A stretch of DNA of 64,000 nucleotides from an uncultured Clostridia bacterium. Its GTDB lineage: Bacteria > Bacillota > Clostridia > Christensenellales > CAG-917. The stretch is from assembly GCA_947305865.1 (NCBI GenBank), contig CAMZEU010000002.1, positions 1,019 to 65,018 of the forward strand, given 5' to 3'. Under the pieces are notes generated by a model. The model was not told the DNA's origin, made no database searches, and saw only the letters and a program-made list of their open reading frames with translations. Each line of letters begins with the position of its first letter. The first letter of the stretch is position 1. Position numbers and translations under genes: made by a program. This document shows, piece after piece, positions 50,701 through 53,700 of this stretch.

Positions 50701-53700
50701 AACTATCGAAGCTGGTGTAGTACCAAGCCTTGCAGACTTGTTCGAAAATGCAGAAGGTAAGTTCGTATGGATGTACGTAGATATCTTCTCAGAAGCTTCA
50801 TTAATTAAGCAAACAAGAGCATACAAGGTCAAGTTCGAACATCTCGATGACAAGATTACAAAGATTGAGTTCAGCTATGATGACTTAAGCACAGATGATG
50901 ATCTTGCTAAAGAATATGGTATTGTAGACTTTGGCACAATGCCAACTAAGGCAAGAGTAACAATCGGTGAAGGTGATGATACTATGACACTCGAAAGAGT
51001 TGTATCTTGGACATTGTTCGATACATACACCACAGAAGAGTTAACAAATAGAGTAGTAACCAGAGAAGGAAGATTAGGAACAGGATTGCCATTCGCAGAT
51101 GGCGCTAAGTTGTTCATCGGTGGAGCAGAAGCAGATGCAACAAGTTACACATTGAGTGGAACAACAATCTCATTCAACACAACAATCATTCCAGCAGATA
51201 AGGTTGAAATAGTAAGTGGTCTTGATACAACAACATGGAACGATGCAGATGATAAGACATTCACATTGAAGTCTTCTGAATTCGCAAACGGATTGCCAAC
51301 AACTGTAACATATTACACAACAATTGGTGGCGTACAAGAAACCAAGGTTGTAACAATTGAGTGGTTGAACGTTGTAGACTTAACACCAGTTACATATACA
51401 ACAAGCGGTGTAACAAATAGAATCGTATATGCTAAGGCAATTTGCGATAATATTTCAATACTCAATATTGTTGACTTAACAATCGAACCAATCAATGTAT
51501 TAGGCATTGAAAGCATTAATAATGAAGTAAGATTCGTATATGACCCATATGGAATCATCACAGATGCAGACCTTAATGCAGATGAAGAAAAGGTATTATT
51601 CAACGATGGTGACACAGTTGGTGTACAAATCAGCTATGTAAGTGGTGAAGATACAATCACATCAACAGTAGATGTTGTTGTAAACATCTTAGATGATACA
51701 TTATTAAAGGCTTCTAGAGACGCTACAAAGTGCAATAGCGTATTTGGTAAGACAATTGACCTACCAATCAGATACAACTTCGCAGACGGCACTGTAGTTG
51801 ATGCAACAATTGCTGTATACATTGAAGACAGAACAATTAAGAGAGTTGAAAATGCTGCATTACGTTCAATGGTTGTAGATCCTTATTACTATTCATCATT
51901 CGGTACACTCTTCGATGAGAACAACGAAATGATTGAAGGTGGATACGGATATCCAGAGAAAGTAAGCATGACAATGAAGAATAGACTCGCAGACAATAAT
52001 GCTACATTAACACATTATGTAACATTACCAAATGATTCAATCATTGCAGATGCACTCAAGAAGGGTGGATACATCAATTCTTCATATCAACTCTTAGTTG
52101 GATACAAGGTTAACGATGATGTATATGCATATCAATACATCACAATGCCAATCTCTGTAATTAACCGTACAATCGCAAGTGAATTCTTTGTAATGCCAGA
52201 TAACTACAAGTTATCTAAGGTAACAGAGTCTTCATCCAAGCTCACATTGACATACGTTGAAGAAACAAGTGGAAACTTAATGAGATTCGTATATTCAAAG
52301 GGATCCAATAGACCAGAAACAATATACTTCGATAATGCATTCGACTTCGATCTAGATATCATCCCATCTCAAATGAACATCTCATTCTCCAATGGTGAAG
52401 GTAGAAACTACTACATTAGAAAGACTGCATTAAGTGATATTGCTTCAGCAGAGGATGCAAAGAAAGTTCAAAGAGCAGATATGACTATTGAAGTATTGAA
52501 TAAGAATCCACAAGACACAGACGATGTCGTAGTACTTGATACATTCAAGATTGAAATTGTACGTAGTGCAAATACAGTAACTAAGTTCAATTCTGATATC
52601 GTATATGATGATGAATTCGCATACAAGTATGTATTTGATCCATACACAAGCAATTATGCAGATAGCATCTACAACACAGAGAACTATAACACTGCAGGTG
52701 AAAAGAACTTCGCTGAAACTGGTATATTCTATGTAGATGGTACATATGTATTAAAGGCAACTTATGATGATAAGTATGCAAATGTAAGATACATTACTAC
52801 ACCAATTGCAAGTATGGCACAATACTCTTCATGGGTAGCAAACGGAAAGACTGCAGATGGCGAATATGTATACAAGGTATTGAAAGATGGTGGAAATAAC
52901 ACAATCTACTACAGATACAATAGTGATACTAAGTCATACTATCCAGTTGCAGAAGCACAAGACGCATACGTATTCATGTATACAATTGCTACAACAGTAA
53001 ACCTCACATGGGATACAAGCAAGGTTAGATACACATATGCAGGTGGAATTCACAGTGCTACAGTAACAATTACTGGTTCTAATGGCATTGCTAAAGAAAC
53101 AATGCAAGCCCCACTCTCATTCGTCGACAGAACAATCGACAACGATACAGATGGAAAGGGCGGAATTAAAGTTGGTTCAAGTTATGTAACATCATTGTCA
53201 TTCGACCCATGGACAACTACAAACCATGAATATGTAGATTATCTCAATGCAAGAAATAATGATGGTTATGCTGGAGTTCGTTACTATCTCGCAAAAGATG
53301 GTTCATACGAAAAGGCAACATTATACTATGACTCTGTAAGAGATACATACTACAAGTTGAATGGTAATGCATATGCATCAACAACAGAGAAGACTGGTGC
53401 AATAGATATTAGCGATGCTAAGTATAAGGCAGTAAACTATGTACTCGGATACGATAGCAACCATACTGCAATCACAGAAGAAAGATTTGTTGAAATGACA
53501 GATTACGAAATCTATGGAACATACAAGTACTTAAGCAATACTGGTAAGGTTTACTTCAACGGTACATCAATTAATTACTCAAGTGTAACATGGAACGTAT
53601 TAAGTGTCACAATAGACTATGCAGGTGGTGAATACAAGGCATATGCATACATCAATGGATTTGGTGAATACAACTTCAACGGAAATAAGGTTGGAACACA